From: a virus
DNA length: 64,000 bases
IMG/VR virus record: IMGVR_UViG_3300037483_001116
Location: 94,019-158,018 of that record
Reading direction: 5' to 3' (one strand)
The notes below the pieces were generated by a model. The model searched no databases and was not told the DNA's origin. It saw only the letters and a list, made by a program, of their open reading frames with translations. The translations under genes were made by a program, and so were the position numbers. Shown in pieces: positions 29,206 to 38,517 of the stretch (its first letter is position 1; every line of letters begins with the position of its first letter).

Positions 29206-29826
29206 ATGGTGAACATCGCCTACGGCGTGTGTGTTGGCTCCCAGGAGAAGTTAGATCGCAATGTCGGTCCCCGGGTCAGCGACCGGACGCTGTTCGCCAT
29301 ACCTGGAGAAGATTCCATTGCGTCCGTCTACAACGAAATTCTCGACACATGCCAAGAGCGGGGGGTCGACGCACTGGTTCTGCTACATGATGATCTGGAG
29401 ATCCTAGATCCTGATGCCGAGGAAAAGTTCCTGAATGTGATCAATGAAGGCTCGGAAGTAATGCTTGTCGGTGTGGCTGGTGGTTCTGCTCGTCAGGGCC
29501 TGGCCTGGTGGAACGCTGACCCTGTTGGCCATCAACGTACCGACGTCATGGACATCGACTTTGGTCCGCGCGTCGGTGACGTCGATCTCCTTGAGGGCAG
29601 CATCTTGGTTTTCTCGTCCGAGGCAATCAGGAGGCTACGGTTCGACACCCGGTTTCCGGGCTTTCATGGGTACGACGAGATCGGGATGCAGGCAAATATG
29701 CTGGGCCGGGTCACCGTAACGGATGTGGATACGCACCACCACAGCCATATGGGCTTTAAGTCAGGGCAAAGTTATGCTGACTGGCTCTCCGCCGATCAGC
29801 TTTTCCGGGAAAAGTGGCAACTATGA
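29206..29826 (+). CDS. Glycosyltransferase-like protein (GT-A)
   Basis: SIA..YN, LLHDD, VGVAG, FDT.F.GFHGYD. Confidence 0.75.
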   Translation: MVNIAYGVCVGSQEKLDRNVGPRVSDRTLFAIPGEDSIASVYNEILDTCQERGVDALVLLHDDLEILDPDAEEKFLNVINEGSEVMLVGVAGGSARQGLAWWNADPVGHQRTDVMDIDFGPRVGDVDLLEGSILVFSSEAIRRLRFDTRFPGFHGYDEIGMQANMLGRVTVTDVDTHHHSHMGFKSGQSYADWLSADQLFREKWQL

Positions 29827-31001
29827 AGCGGACGACATGCAGCGCCTGTGGCTGCGAGGATCTCGATCAGTTCCTTGATCTAGGTCTGTCTCCAGTCGCT
29901 GACGCGTACACAACGATCCCGGGGGAACCTTCGCCGGAGCTGCCCCTTCAGGTCGCCGTCTGCGCCAAGTGCAAGCTGGTGCAACTGCTTGAAGTGGTCG
30001 ACGGTGGCACACTGTTCGGCACTGGGTACAGCTTCTACTCCTCGGCATCAGCCCCCCTGTCCGTCTACCACGAGAAGTATGCGTCCTCCGTCCTGGCCAA
30101 GCACCGCGGGCTCGCAGTTCATGGGGTCACTGAGATCGGCTGCAATGACGGTGATTTACTCCAGCACTTCGCCGCCGCGGGTTGTCCAACGTTCGGTATC
30201 GATCCGGCTTCTGGCCCCGTGGGTGTGGCCCGTGATCGGGGTCTGCGAGTACTCAATGTGGCCTTCAATGCGGATACTGCCGCCAACATGGAGGGCGGCG
30301 GTCAGGCCGGTGTCGTCATTGCCAACCACGTCCTGGCGCACGTAGAAGATGTATCCAGCGTTCTGAGCGGCATCTCGGTGCTGCTTCATAAAGACGGCAT
30401 CGCAATAATCGAGGTGCAGTATTTACCTGACCTGCTGGTTAATAACGCATTCGATCTCGTTTACCACGAGCATAGGAACTTTTTCTCATTGACGTCCCTG
30501 GAGCAGGCGGCACTGCGGCACGGGCTGCATGTAGCTGAAGCCGAACTAACGGACCGGCAGGGCGGGTCACTACGGGTAACCCTGCGGCTGCAGGCAACGC
30601 CGAATCCAGCCGTTGATGCACTGCGCGCCTCAGAGCACTGGCTGAACAACTTCTCGGCATACGACGGGATGCAGGGACGAGCCGAACGAATCCGGACGCG
30701 GCTGCTCGACCTGCTGGCCGCACAAAAAGGTCCAGTGGCGGCATATGGGGCGCCGGCCAAGCTAACGACATTGATCTCGTTTTGCGGCCTAACGTCGTCC
30801 ACCATCCAATGGTGCGTCGATACCACGCGAGCCAAGCAGAACCGGTACATCCCCGGGACTATTATCGAGATCGTCGCACCCGGAACGCGTCCAGATCCAG
30901 AGGCATATTTACTGGCCGCATGGAATTATGCGTCGTCCATCATGGCCGCCAATCCAGGTAACCGCTGGATTTTAGCCATACCGGCCCCGACATTGTTGTA
31001 A
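29823..31001 (+). CDS. SAM-dependent NDP-sugar C-methyltransferase-like protein
   Basis: CxxC..LDLG..P.AD...CxxCxLVQ zinc domain; EIGCNDG; FD..YHEH..FFS; YGA.AK; LLAAWNY. Confidence 0.88.
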   Translation: MKRTTCSACGCEDLDQFLDLGLSPVADAYTTIPGEPSPELPLQVAVCAKCKLVQLLEVVDGGTLFGTGYSFYSSASAPLSVYHEKYASSVLAKHRGLAVHGVTEIGCNDGDLLQHFAAAGCPTFGIDPASGPVGVARDRGLRVLNVAFNADTAANMEGGGQAGVVIANHVLAHVEDVSSVLSGISVLLHKDGIAIIEVQYLPDLLVNNAFDLVYHEHRNFFSLTSLEQAALRHGLHVAEAELTDRQGGSLRVTLRLQATPNPAVDALRASEHWLNNFSAYDGMQGRAERIRTRLLDLLAAQKGPVAAYGAPAKLTTLISFCGLTSSTIQWCVDTTRAKQNRYIPGTIIEIVAPGTRPDPEAYLLAAWNYASSIMAANPGNRWILAIPAPTLL

Positions 31002-31510
31002 TGGAGTATTGCGTGAAGCTGAATCTGGGTTGCGGCGATAGATACGCACCCGACTGGCATAATGTAGATTTTGCCGGATCGCCGCACCGAAAAGATGAGC
31101 AGGTGGACCTGCGGACGTCATCACTGCCATGGTCCGAGATCCAGCTTGCCTATGCAGGCCACCTCCTGGAGCACCTGTTTGTAGACGAGGTTATTACCCT
31201 GCTACAGGCGCTGCGCGGCTGCATGGCCGAAGATGGCGAGCTGATGGTAGTGGGTCCTGATGTCGTCCTGGCCCAGGGCATGGCTACCGCCGGCACATTG
31301 GACGTGACCATGGAGTCACTGACCAACGGCGGACACCGTTGGCACGGCGACGAACACCGCTGGCACTGTACGACCTGGGCCGTCGAGGCGCTGCTGCGAG
31401 TAAGCGGCTGGTCTGAGGTGACGCGTGTGGGAATCGCTAACGTGCCCGAGGTCTGGCCCGTGGCTGATCGACGACCACAGTGGCAATGCGCCGTGAGCGC
31501 TCGACCGTAG
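31001..31510 (+). CDS. Class I SAM-dependent methyltransferase
   Basis: KLNLGCG...W.NVD...HLLEH. Confidence 0.8.
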   Translation: MEYCVKLNLGCGDRYAPDWHNVDFAGSPHRKDEQVDLRTSSLPWSEIQLAYAGHLLEHLFVDEVITLLQALRGCMAEDGELMVVGPDVVLAQGMATAGTLDVTMESLTNGGHRWHGDEHRWHCTTWAVEALLRVSGWSEVTRVGIANVPEVWPVADRRPQWQCAVSARP

Positions 31511-31531
31511 ACAGGACCCCTGGAGCCCAGC

Positions 31532-32149
31532 ATGACGCAGCCGAAGATCGGCGTGATCGTTCCAAGTATTCCTCCGCGGCGTCCGCTGCTGCTACGCGCG
31601 CTGACCAGCGTTGGACGGCAGGCGTTACCGGCCAGCGATCTGAGCGTGGCTGTCGACACCGAGCAACAAGGTGCCCCGGTGACACGACAGCGCGCCCTGG
31701 ACGGCGTAAGTCCAGGCATCGACTGGATCGCCCCACTCGACGACGACGACGAGTTCATGCCGTTTCACCTGGAGGCGCTGTACGCCCACGCCATGGAAAC
31801 CGGGGCGGATTACGTGTACTCCTGGTACGAACTCGTGTCGCCGAGCGGGATGTCCTATGGCGACCACGATCCGGTGTTTCCCGAGACGCACTTCACCAAC
31901 CCGTTCAACCCCACTGAGCCGGTCGAAACCACAGTCACGATCCTGATTCGTCGCGAGCTGCTGGAAGCGGTCGGCTACCACGCGATTGACCGCCCCGAGG
32001 CATACGCGCTTGGCGCCAGCACCGGCGAGGACCGTAACTTGACCATGCGCTGCATCGATATGGGCGCCACAATCAGCCACCTGGTGCGCCGCACCTGGCG
32101 CTGGCACCACCACGGACGCAACACCTCAGGAAGGCCGGATCGATGGTAG
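31532..32149 (+). CDS. GT2 glycosyltransferase
   Basis: VIVPS.P.R, LDDDD, GED, HHG.NTSG. Confidence 0.85.
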   Translation: MTQPKIGVIVPSIPPRRPLLLRALTSVGRQALPASDLSVAVDTEQQGAPVTRQRALDGVSPGIDWIAPLDDDDEFMPFHLEALYAHAMETGADYVYSWYELVSPSGMSYGDHDPVFPETHFTNPFNPTEPVETTVTILIRRELLEAVGYHAIDRPEAYALGASTGEDRNLTMRCIDMGATISHLVRRTWRWHHHGRNTSGRPDRW

Positions 32150-32751
32150 ATGACGTCACGATGGTCATGCCGACCCATCCAGCGCGTTGGAAAACCACAA
32201 TGCGCCGTGCGCTGCGGTCCGTCCTGAGCCAGTCCATGCCAGTTGCCGCTATGAGTATCGTGACCGATCTGCGTGGCGAAGGCGCCGGGCCAACGCGTGA
32301 CCAGGCGCTGGCCGGTGCGCGCACGAAGTGGGTTGCCTTCCTGGATTCGGATGACGAATGGCACCCCGATCACGTGCTGGCGCTTGTGACGCAGGCACGC
32401 GACACCAGCGCCGACGTGATCTATCCAGCCTGCCGCGTTATTCACACGCAGCTTGGCGAAATCCCGTCGAGCCATCCAGCGTGGGAGGAATGGGGACGGC
32501 CGGGGCGGCCATTCGACGCGGACCTTCTCCGCAAACGGTCGTACCTGCCGGTCACCAGTCTGGTGCGCACCGAGTTGGCCCAAAAGGCCAGTTTCGTCCC
32601 GCCTGATGGCAGCCATTACGACGATTGGGGCTTTTACCTGGGTCTACTTGACCTGGGTGCCACATTCGTTCACCTGCCCCACGTGACGTGGACCTGGCAT
32701 CACGGACCGCACAACAGTGGCGGCACCGCCGGCCGCGGGGATAGTGGGTAG
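32143..32751 (+). CDS. GT2 glycosyltransferase
   Basis: FLDSDDEW.P.H, DDW.FYL. Confidence 0.85.
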   Translation: MVDDVTMVMPTHPARWKTTMRRALRSVLSQSMPVAAMSIVTDLRGEGAGPTRDQALAGARTKWVAFLDSDDEWHPDHVLALVTQARDTSADVIYPACRVIHTQLGEIPSSHPAWEEWGRPGRPFDADLLRKRSYLPVTSLVRTELAQKASFVPPDGSHYDDWGFYLGLLDLGATFVHLPHVTWTWHHGPHNSGGTAGRGDSG

Positions 32752-32850
32752 TGCGCAAAACCCTGACTGGGCGACCTGGCTCACGGAAGAAAAGGTGTCG
32801 CCCCATCCCGGCTGAGCCGAAAAACTATCCCAAGGGTCCATACTGATCCC

Positions 32851-33696
32851 ATGCCCACATACCAAGAACTTGCATCTGAACCTGAGTGGGGTGCCCAGTT
32901 CATCCCACCGGTGATGAATGCCGGCCTCTTAGGTCCGTTACGCGTGTTCTACGGCCTGGGTCCGAGCGCTGTCGGTTCGGCTGGAGACAATAACCATTTG
33001 CACGGCCGGCATCGGTCCTATTCGTGGGATCGGCTCTCCCGTTACTGCACGGACCGCGGGTATGGAACTACGGATCCTTTGGATCAGGCCGGTAATCACA
33101 ACTGGTACCGGGCTGTTGACGTGGGAATTCGGGGTCCTGACCTGTTTGCGGCGAGCCGTCGTATGGACGATTTAGTTCGTTCTGGGACTTGCCCCGGTCT
33201 AGCGGAGTGGTTTGGGACCTTCAATGGGATCAACGTTGTTGGTTGGTTTGAGGGCCGGCCGTCGACTTCTGATTCGTCCCACCTGTTCCATCTGCACGTG
33301 GGGGTCTGGAACAGTTTCGCCAACGATGCCCAAACGATGCAGATTCTTTACGGTGCCATCACCGGCACCGCGGTTAAGGAGGAAGACGTGCCGAAAATGT
33401 TCCGTGTCACTAACGGTGACCTTACCGGCCTGATTGGTATCAGCAACGGCCCGACGTGGTATCACCTCCCAGCGGGGCCGGCCGTAGATCCCGGTCTGTA
33501 TGTCAGGGCTGCGACGGGCCTGTGGGGTATCTCCGACGCCGACATTGTGGCCGTTAATGAGGAGTGGTTACCGGGGTTCGGGGTGCAAGTTCCCTGGCCT
33601 AGCAGTGGTGGCGGCAGTGGTGGGGGTTCGGGGCCCAGCGCCAGTCAAATCGCCGAGAGTGTAGCCAACGAGCTGTCCGAACGGTTGGAGAACTAA
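32851..33696 (+). CDS. Endolysin (Zn-peptidase-like)
   Basis: GD..H..G.H...AVDV...SH.FHLHV metal-binding pattern; position before a holin-like gene. Confidence 0.65.
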   Translation: MPTYQELASEPEWGAQFIPPVMNAGLLGPLRVFYGLGPSAVGSAGDNNHLHGRHRSYSWDRLSRYCTDRGYGTTDPLDQAGNHNWYRAVDVGIRGPDLFAASRRMDDLVRSGTCPGLAEWFGTFNGINVVGWFEGRPSTSDSSHLFHLHVGVWNSFANDAQTMQILYGAITGTAVKEEDVPKMFRVTNGDLTGLIGISNGPTWYHLPAGPAVDPGLYVRAATGLWGISDADIVAVNEEWLPGFGVQVPWPSSGGGSGGGSGPSASQIAESVANELSERLEN

Positions 33697-33697
33697 G

Positions 33698-34153
33698 GTG
33701 CCCATTACCCGTAACCGGGTCCTGGTCCGGGCTCGATACGGCTGGCCGCAGAAGACCGTGCCGTTCCACAAGACCGGGTTCCATCAGCCGGACGGTTACC
33801 GTACAGATGCTGCTGGCTACCTGAGTATGTGCTGGGACATTCCGTTGGGTGTGAAGAACTCGTGGGGTGGCCTGTCGACGGTGTCTATGGATACAGACGG
33901 TTGGTGCCATGAGATTGACCCAATGGACCTGAAATCAGGTGACGCCCTTGGTCTACTGGGGCATGGCTCGGTCGGTCCGGACGGGGGCACGATCGTGTTG
34001 TTCGAGTCGTGGCTGAATGGGGATTACACGACCAACTATGCGATTACGTGGGAGATGCTGCCGGATGCGTCACCGGGTCCAGTGCGCCGGCAGCGGCCGT
34101 ACGAAGGGCACCGGTGGCACAGTTATCGGTTCCGTGACATCGTCGACGATTGA
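33698..34153 (+). CDS. NlpC/P60-like protein, catalytic residues apparently lost
   Basis: YRTDAAGYLSMCW (canonical YRTDCSG..SM.W); LKSGDAL; GTIVLF in place of GH..LF. Confidence 0.65.
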   Translation: MPITRNRVLVRARYGWPQKTVPFHKTGFHQPDGYRTDAAGYLSMCWDIPLGVKNSWGGLSTVSMDTDGWCHEIDPMDLKSGDALGLLGHGSVGPDGGTIVLFESWLNGDYTTNYAITWEMLPDASPGPVRRQRPYEGHRWHSYRFRDIVDD

Positions 34154-34219
34154 TGTCTACGATTAGTTGTCCGTTTGGCGAATTCGTGGAACGTCCAAAA
34201 ATGATCTAGCATCGGGCGT

Positions 34220-34624
34220 ATGGAGATGAAGAACCCTCATGTGATCTGGGCCGCCGTCATCATTGTCTTCATCTTGGTCACCGGCGCTGTTACCCTCGTT
34301 GCCCTGGACAAAGACGTGACTGTCATCCTGAGCCTCGCCGGCTTGGTTGCAGTACCCGTGCTATCCGCCTTCGGTATTGCTGTCTATCAGAAACTTGACC
34401 AGGTGAAAGAAGCCAGCAACGGAAACCTTACGAAGGTCATGGACATGCAGCAGAAAACGCAGGCGCAGCTGATGCAGCTGGCGCTGTTGCTGCCAGCACA
34501 GCAAATGCCTCCCCTGGAAGGCGCCGAGGTAACCAAAGAAGATATTTACCTGTACGCGAATCCCGACGGAAGTGGATACAGGGAAGGTCACCCGCCGCCT
34601 GTGTCTGGACCGCCAGGTCACTGA
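34220..34624 (+). CDS. Holin-like membrane protein
   Basis: Two hydrophobic segments, then NGNL; in the lysis region. Confidence 0.6.
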   Translation: MEMKNPHVIWAAVIIVFILVTGAVTLVALDKDVTVILSLAGLVAVPVLSAFGIAVYQKLDQVKEASNGNLTKVMDMQQKTQAQLMQLALLLPAQQMPPLEGAEVTKEDIYLYANPDGSGYREGHPPPVSGPPGH

Positions 34625-34995
34625 TGCCCGGTTCGAGGCGCACATTCGAGTACGTCCTGACTCCAGGCGAGGAGCAGGTTGAGCAGGTGTTTCGGCGCGC
34701 CCAACGAATCCTCGCCTGGGCCTGCGACGGCGATGATCGAATCGAATGTCATGGCATCACGGGCGAAGGCCTCGGTGTAGTGACGTTGAACCTAACGATC
34801 GTTAACCGAGATCAGTGGGCGTGTCGACAACTGGCCCAGGACATACTGAATCTGGTCACCTGGGGCCTCAAGAATGAGGCCACCAGGGCGGAGCTGCAGT
34901 CAAGGCGCCAAAAACCGCACCAAAGAAGAGGTTATGGAGCGGGGGGCCGCACTAAGACGTGGCGGGAGTCGAAGAGTCCAGCTACAGACCAGTAG
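34624..34995 (+). CDS. Hypothetical protein (last gene of the + arm)
   Basis: TGATG coupling. Confidence 0.6.
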   Translation: MPGSRRTFEYVLTPGEEQVEQVFRRAQRILAWACDGDDRIECHGITGEGLGVVTLNLTIVNRDQWACRQLAQDILNLVTWGLKNEATRAELQSRRQKPHQRRGYGAGGRTKTWRESKSPATDQ

Positions 34996-35308
34996 GCGGC
35001 GCGTCTGTATCGACAAGCCCGTATGTGGCGCCATTGCTGTTGACCTGGACGTATGCGGCCGGGTCGGGGGCCACAAAATCAACCTCGTCTTCGTCGTCCT
35101 CGTCGTCATCATCCGGTTCCACTTGGCCCGTTTCGACGAGATATTCCTCGTCGGTAATCGGCAGAGCATAGACCCAGCCACGGAACACGGCAATGACCGA
35201 GTCTTCTTCGTCTAAGACTTCCAGCACATCTTCGGCATAGGACACTGTGACGCCGTCTTCGACATAGAAGACGCTCTCGCCGGCTCGCTCGACTTTGACC
35301 TTAATCAT
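34982..35308 (-). CDS. Acidic hypothetical protein
   Basis: Leaderless-type -10 (CATGAT) 6 nt upstream of ATG. Confidence 0.6.
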   Translation of the reverse strand: MIKVKVERAGESVFYVEDGVTVSYAEDVLEVLDEEDSVIAVFRGWVYALPITDEEYLVETGQVEPDDDDEDDEDEVDFVAPDPAAYVQVNSNGATYGLVDTDAPPTGL

Positions 35309-35332
35309 GGGGCCATCATGTCACGGGTACCC

Positions 35333-36172
35333 CTACTTGGGGAGCACCCCTCCCGGGTCAACCCAGATCAATTCCACTCCGGAGGCGCGGAGGACGTTGT
35401 CGCCGTCGAGCACCGCGTACGGCCCGGCGAAGAAGCAGCGCCGGAAGCCCGCCTCGGCGACTAACCGTGCGCAGCCGGGGCACGGGAACGTCGACACGTA
35501 CAGGTCCGCCCCCCGCAGCGGGACTCCCCGGCGGGCCGCCCGGCCGACGAGGAGCGCCTCGGCGTGGATCGCGGTGGACAGGTCCAGGCGGACGCCCCGG
35601 CTGAAGTCGTTGCGGGGATCCCCGTTGAGATAGGGGGAGTACTCGGTCGGCCGGTGCTCGTTGTGGGCCACGTCGAGGACGACCCCGTCCCGCACGGCCA
35701 GCGCGCCGACCTGGCGCCACCAGTCCGAGCTGAGCCCGGCCGCGTCCAGCGCCGTCCGGGTGAAGGTCTGGTCCACTGTGGACGCCGACACCGTACCGTC
35801 GTAGTCGGGTGGGCGTCCGGCCAGGCTCCACGAGCGGTCCCAGCGCAGGAACGTGCGCTCCCACTGGATGGTTGGGCCATCTTCCACAACGGACCGCATG
35901 AGTTCCTCGTCGGGCACCACGGTCGTCGCGCCGGCCAGCGCGCCCGGCAGGTCGGCCGGTTCGATGACCCGTACCCGCGCGAAGCGACCGGCCGCGACCA
36001 GATAACCGGCCGCGACGTGCGGGTCGAGGGCTCGGATCTCTTTGCGGAGCACCGGATGCGTCTCGGCGAACGACGGCCCCAGCAGCAGCACCTCGTCGGC
36101 GTCGGCGTGGCGGTCGAACAGCGCCTCGTACCCGGCGTGCAGGACGGGCAGGTAGAGCAGCAGCTGCTTCAG
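35333..36172 (-). CDS. dCMP deaminase-family protein with N-terminal extension (probable CTG start)
   Basis: RQVGA...HAE...LYVSTFPCPGCA. Frame extends upstream of the track start as LKQLLLYLPVLHAGY, overlapping the upstream TGA. Confidence 0.85.
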   Translation of the reverse strand: MKQLLLYLPVLHAGYEALFDRHADADEVLLLGPSFAETHPVLRKEIRALDPHVAAGYLVAAGRFARVRVIEPADLPGALAGATTVVPDEELMRSVVEDGPTIQWERTFLRWDRSWSLAGRPPDYDGTVSASTVDQTFTRTALDAAGLSSDWWRQVGALAVRDGVVLDVAHNEHRPTEYSPYLNGDPRNDFSRGVRLDLSTAIHAEALLVGRAARRGVPLRGADLYVSTFPCPGCARLVAEAGFRRCFFAGPYAVLDGDNVLRASGVELIWVDPGGVLPK

Positions 36173-36693
36173 TGTTGACCCAGCTGCATGAGCCGTAGGC
36201 GGGCGGTGGTGGAGACAATGCCCATCCGTCCGAGGACTTCAACCCGGCCGCAGTATGTTGCTTCCAGTTCCCTGATTTCTCCGTTGGTGTAAGTGTCTTC
36301 TGTGGCGACAAGAACGTCGGGGCATACGGCCTGGATCAGGGACCAGCGCGGCGCGCCGGCTGGCTTCAATGTGACAAGGCCTACTCCACGTTGGTGGGTG
36401 ACCATTCGTAGGCGTTCCAGCTCGGGCACGACTGGCCGCGTTGGCCCCTTACGTTTCCGAACCTTGTCGTCGCTGTCGATGCCGACGATGAGGAAATCGC
36501 CAAAGCTGCGGGCGGCTTCGAGGTAGCGGGAGTGGCCTTCGTGGAGGATGTCGAAGGTGCCGGCCGTGAGAACGACTTTGAGGTTGAGTACCCGTAGAGC
36601 TGCCACAGTCTCGGCGATGTGTCCGTAGTCGGGGACGAAGCGCAGCTCAAAATGGGAGGCGTCGGCGAAGAGGCCTTTCGATGGGCCAATCAT
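36169..36693 (-). CDS. Cytidylyl/adenylyltransferase (RfaE/HldE domain II-like)
   Basis: GTFDILHEGH, LIVGIDSD..V...KG..RP, STT. Confidence 0.88.
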   Translation of the reverse strand: MIGPSKGLFADASHFELRFVPDYGHIAETVAALRVLNLKVVLTAGTFDILHEGHSRYLEAARSFGDFLIVGIDSDDKVRKRKGPTRPVVPELERLRMVTHQRGVGLVTLKPAGAPRWSLIQAVCPDVLVATEDTYTNGEIRELEATYCGRVEVLGRMGIVSTTARLRLMQLGQH

Positions 36694-36724
36694 TCGCGCC
36701 AGCCCTGGTCGTGCGGGTTGGCGC

Positions 36725-36937
36725 TCATGCGACCGGCTCCTCGCCGACCAGTTCGCCGTAGCCCTGACTGGCCAGCGCGAACTTGATGTAGCCGGGGTTG
36801 CCGAAGACGCGCACCCGGCAGGTGTCGCCGTTGTAGGACCCTTCGACCACCACGGCGGTGCCGAGCTGCTGGACCGTCGTGTCGAGCAGAGTCGGGTTGG
36901 CGGTGCGGACGATCAGGTCGGTCGCTTCGGTGTTCAT
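36725..36937 (-). CDS. Hypothetical protein
   Basis: Coupled ORF. Confidence 0.6.
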   Translation of the reverse strand: MNTEATDLIVRTANPTLLDTTVQQLGTAVVVEGSYNGDTCRVRVFGNPGYIKFALASQGYGELVGEEPVA

Positions 36938-37611
36938 GCGTTGGCCTCAGGGTTGGTACGAAGAGGGGCATGGCCAAGGACGTCAACGGGGTGGTGCCGT
37001 GTTTCTTTGCCGGGCGTGTCCCAAAGCCACGTTTCTGGATTCCAGACCCGGCCGCTGGATGTCTCCAGCTCCAGGCCTGCCTTGACCTCGTCGGCGAAGA
37101 AACGCCAGTGCGGCCCGGTGATACCTTGTTCGCTGGCCAGTTCGGCAAAGCACAATGGGCAAATGATTTCGCCGTACTGCCAGGTTCCGTTGATGGAGCC
37201 GCCGCGCATCACCTGGTTCCACAGCGGACTGGGGGCCGACCAGGAGATGTTGGGGCCGTCACAACGTTGGCAGTGCTGTTCCAGGTCAGCGGCGCCTCGT
37301 TTGTCGACGTAGAACCAGCTCTGACCGCCGTCTGTGCTCATGGCCGCCGGGTCGCGTCGGTTCTGCCACAGTGGTGTGCCGGAGATTTTGGAACGGTTTT
37401 CCCATTCGGCTGGGTCGGAGGTCAACGGCGACAAGGTCCGGTGCTGGAGCAGGATATGCAGCTGCTCGATCGCGACCGTGGCCGAGCCGCCGGAGTGGCC
37501 GTAAGAAGCAAAGGCTTCGACGGCGGCGACGATCGAGGCGGCGTAACCCGGGGCTTCTTCGGTCTGACCGCACAGTTCGAGTTCGCGGCGGGCGTGGTCG
37601 ACGAGGCTCAT
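36934..37611 (-). CDS. Hypothetical phage protein (two-domain; CxxC..CxxC C-terminus)
   Basis: HARRELEL...GHSGGSA...LSPLT...WQN.R, a common phage motif. Confidence 0.7.
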   Translation of the reverse strand: MSLVDHARRELELCGQTEEAPGYAASIVAAVEAFASYGHSGGSATVAIEQLHILLQHRTLSPLTSDPAEWENRSKISGTPLWQNRRDPAAMSTDGGQSWFYVDKRGAADLEQHCQRCDGPNISWSAPSPLWNQVMRGGSINGTWQYGEIICPLCFAELASEQGITGPHWRFFADEVKAGLELETSSGRVWNPETWLWDTPGKETRHHPVDVLGHAPLRTNPEANA

Positions 37612-37853
37612 TTGACGTATCCACTTTCGGTCCAGCGGGCCGGATTTCTGCGTTCACCCATGAGGATGGGCACGATGATGGGTTCGCCGCCGAGGTTGGT
37701 GCCAATGCGCTGGCCTGGCTGTAGGAACAGGTTGCCGGTGGACTGGCCGCCGCAGCCGATGCACTGGTCTTGGGCGTGACGGCCGTGTTCGCATCGGTCG
37801 AGGGCGCTGAGGGTTGGGTTGTACTCGTCGGCGTACCGCGGGGATTCGGTCAT
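37608..37853 (-). CDS. Hypothetical Cys/His protein
   Basis: ATGA overlaps on both sides; DRCEHGRH..D.C..C. Confidence 0.6.
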   Translation of the reverse strand: MTESPRYADEYNPTLSALDRCEHGRHAQDQCIGCGGQSTGNLFLQPGQRIGTNLGGEPIIVPILMGERRNPARWTESGYVK

Positions 37854-38443
37854 GCGATGACCTCTTCCGCGTCGATGATTTCGACTTCTTCTGTGGTGGC
37901 GCCAAGGGCCAGCGGCTGGTCCTCGCCGGTGACTGCATTGTATGCGTCGCGGGTCCAGCGGGCGTCGTCCATGGCGTGGTGAATCTTCCATGGTTCTGCG
38001 GGCAGCTTGACGTTGGGTCGGGTTTCGATGAGCTGCTGTACGTCGTGGGTGAACATGGGTATCCCGGCCGGCAGCTCGGCCATGGATCCGAACAGTTGGC
38101 ACAGGACGACGTGGTCGTAGGCGCCGTAGTAGGCCCACAGTTCCAGGTTAGGTATGGCCTGTAAGAAGGTTCTGACGTCGTCGATGAGGTTGTCAAGGCT
38201 CATGGACACGTATTGGTATTCGTCGTGGGCCTCGTCCCATTCGAGGACGCCGGGGCTTGCTTTGATGGGCAGATAGGGGCCCACGTTCACGGATAACCAG
38301 GGATGCTTGGCTACGTTGGATAGGGATTCGGGGTTGATGCGGTATAACTCAGTGCCGTCTTCGCGGATCAGGCCGATGGAGACCAGCTGAATGGGCAGGT
38401 CACGGCCTCGTTCCACGAATTCACAGTCATAGAATGTCTTCAA
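37850..38443 (-). CDS. DEDDh 3'-5' exoribonuclease (RNase AS/Rv2179c-like)
   Basis: FYDCEF, LVSIG, WAYYGAYDHV.L.QLFG.M..LP, HHAMDDARW. Confidence 0.88.
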   Translation of the reverse strand: MKTFYDCEFVERGRDLPIQLVSIGLIREDGTELYRINPESLSNVAKHPWLSVNVGPYLPIKASPGVLEWDEAHDEYQYVSMSLDNLIDDVRTFLQAIPNLELWAYYGAYDHVVLCQLFGSMAELPAGIPMFTHDVQQLIETRPNVKLPAEPWKIHHAMDDARWTRDAYNAVTGEDQPLALGATTEEVEIIDAEEVIA

Positions 38444-38517
38444 TTTCTACTCCTAAGAAAGGCCAATCCCCGCTGACCGTGGCCAACGGGGACCTGCATC
38501 CTGGCATTGTGCCTTGA

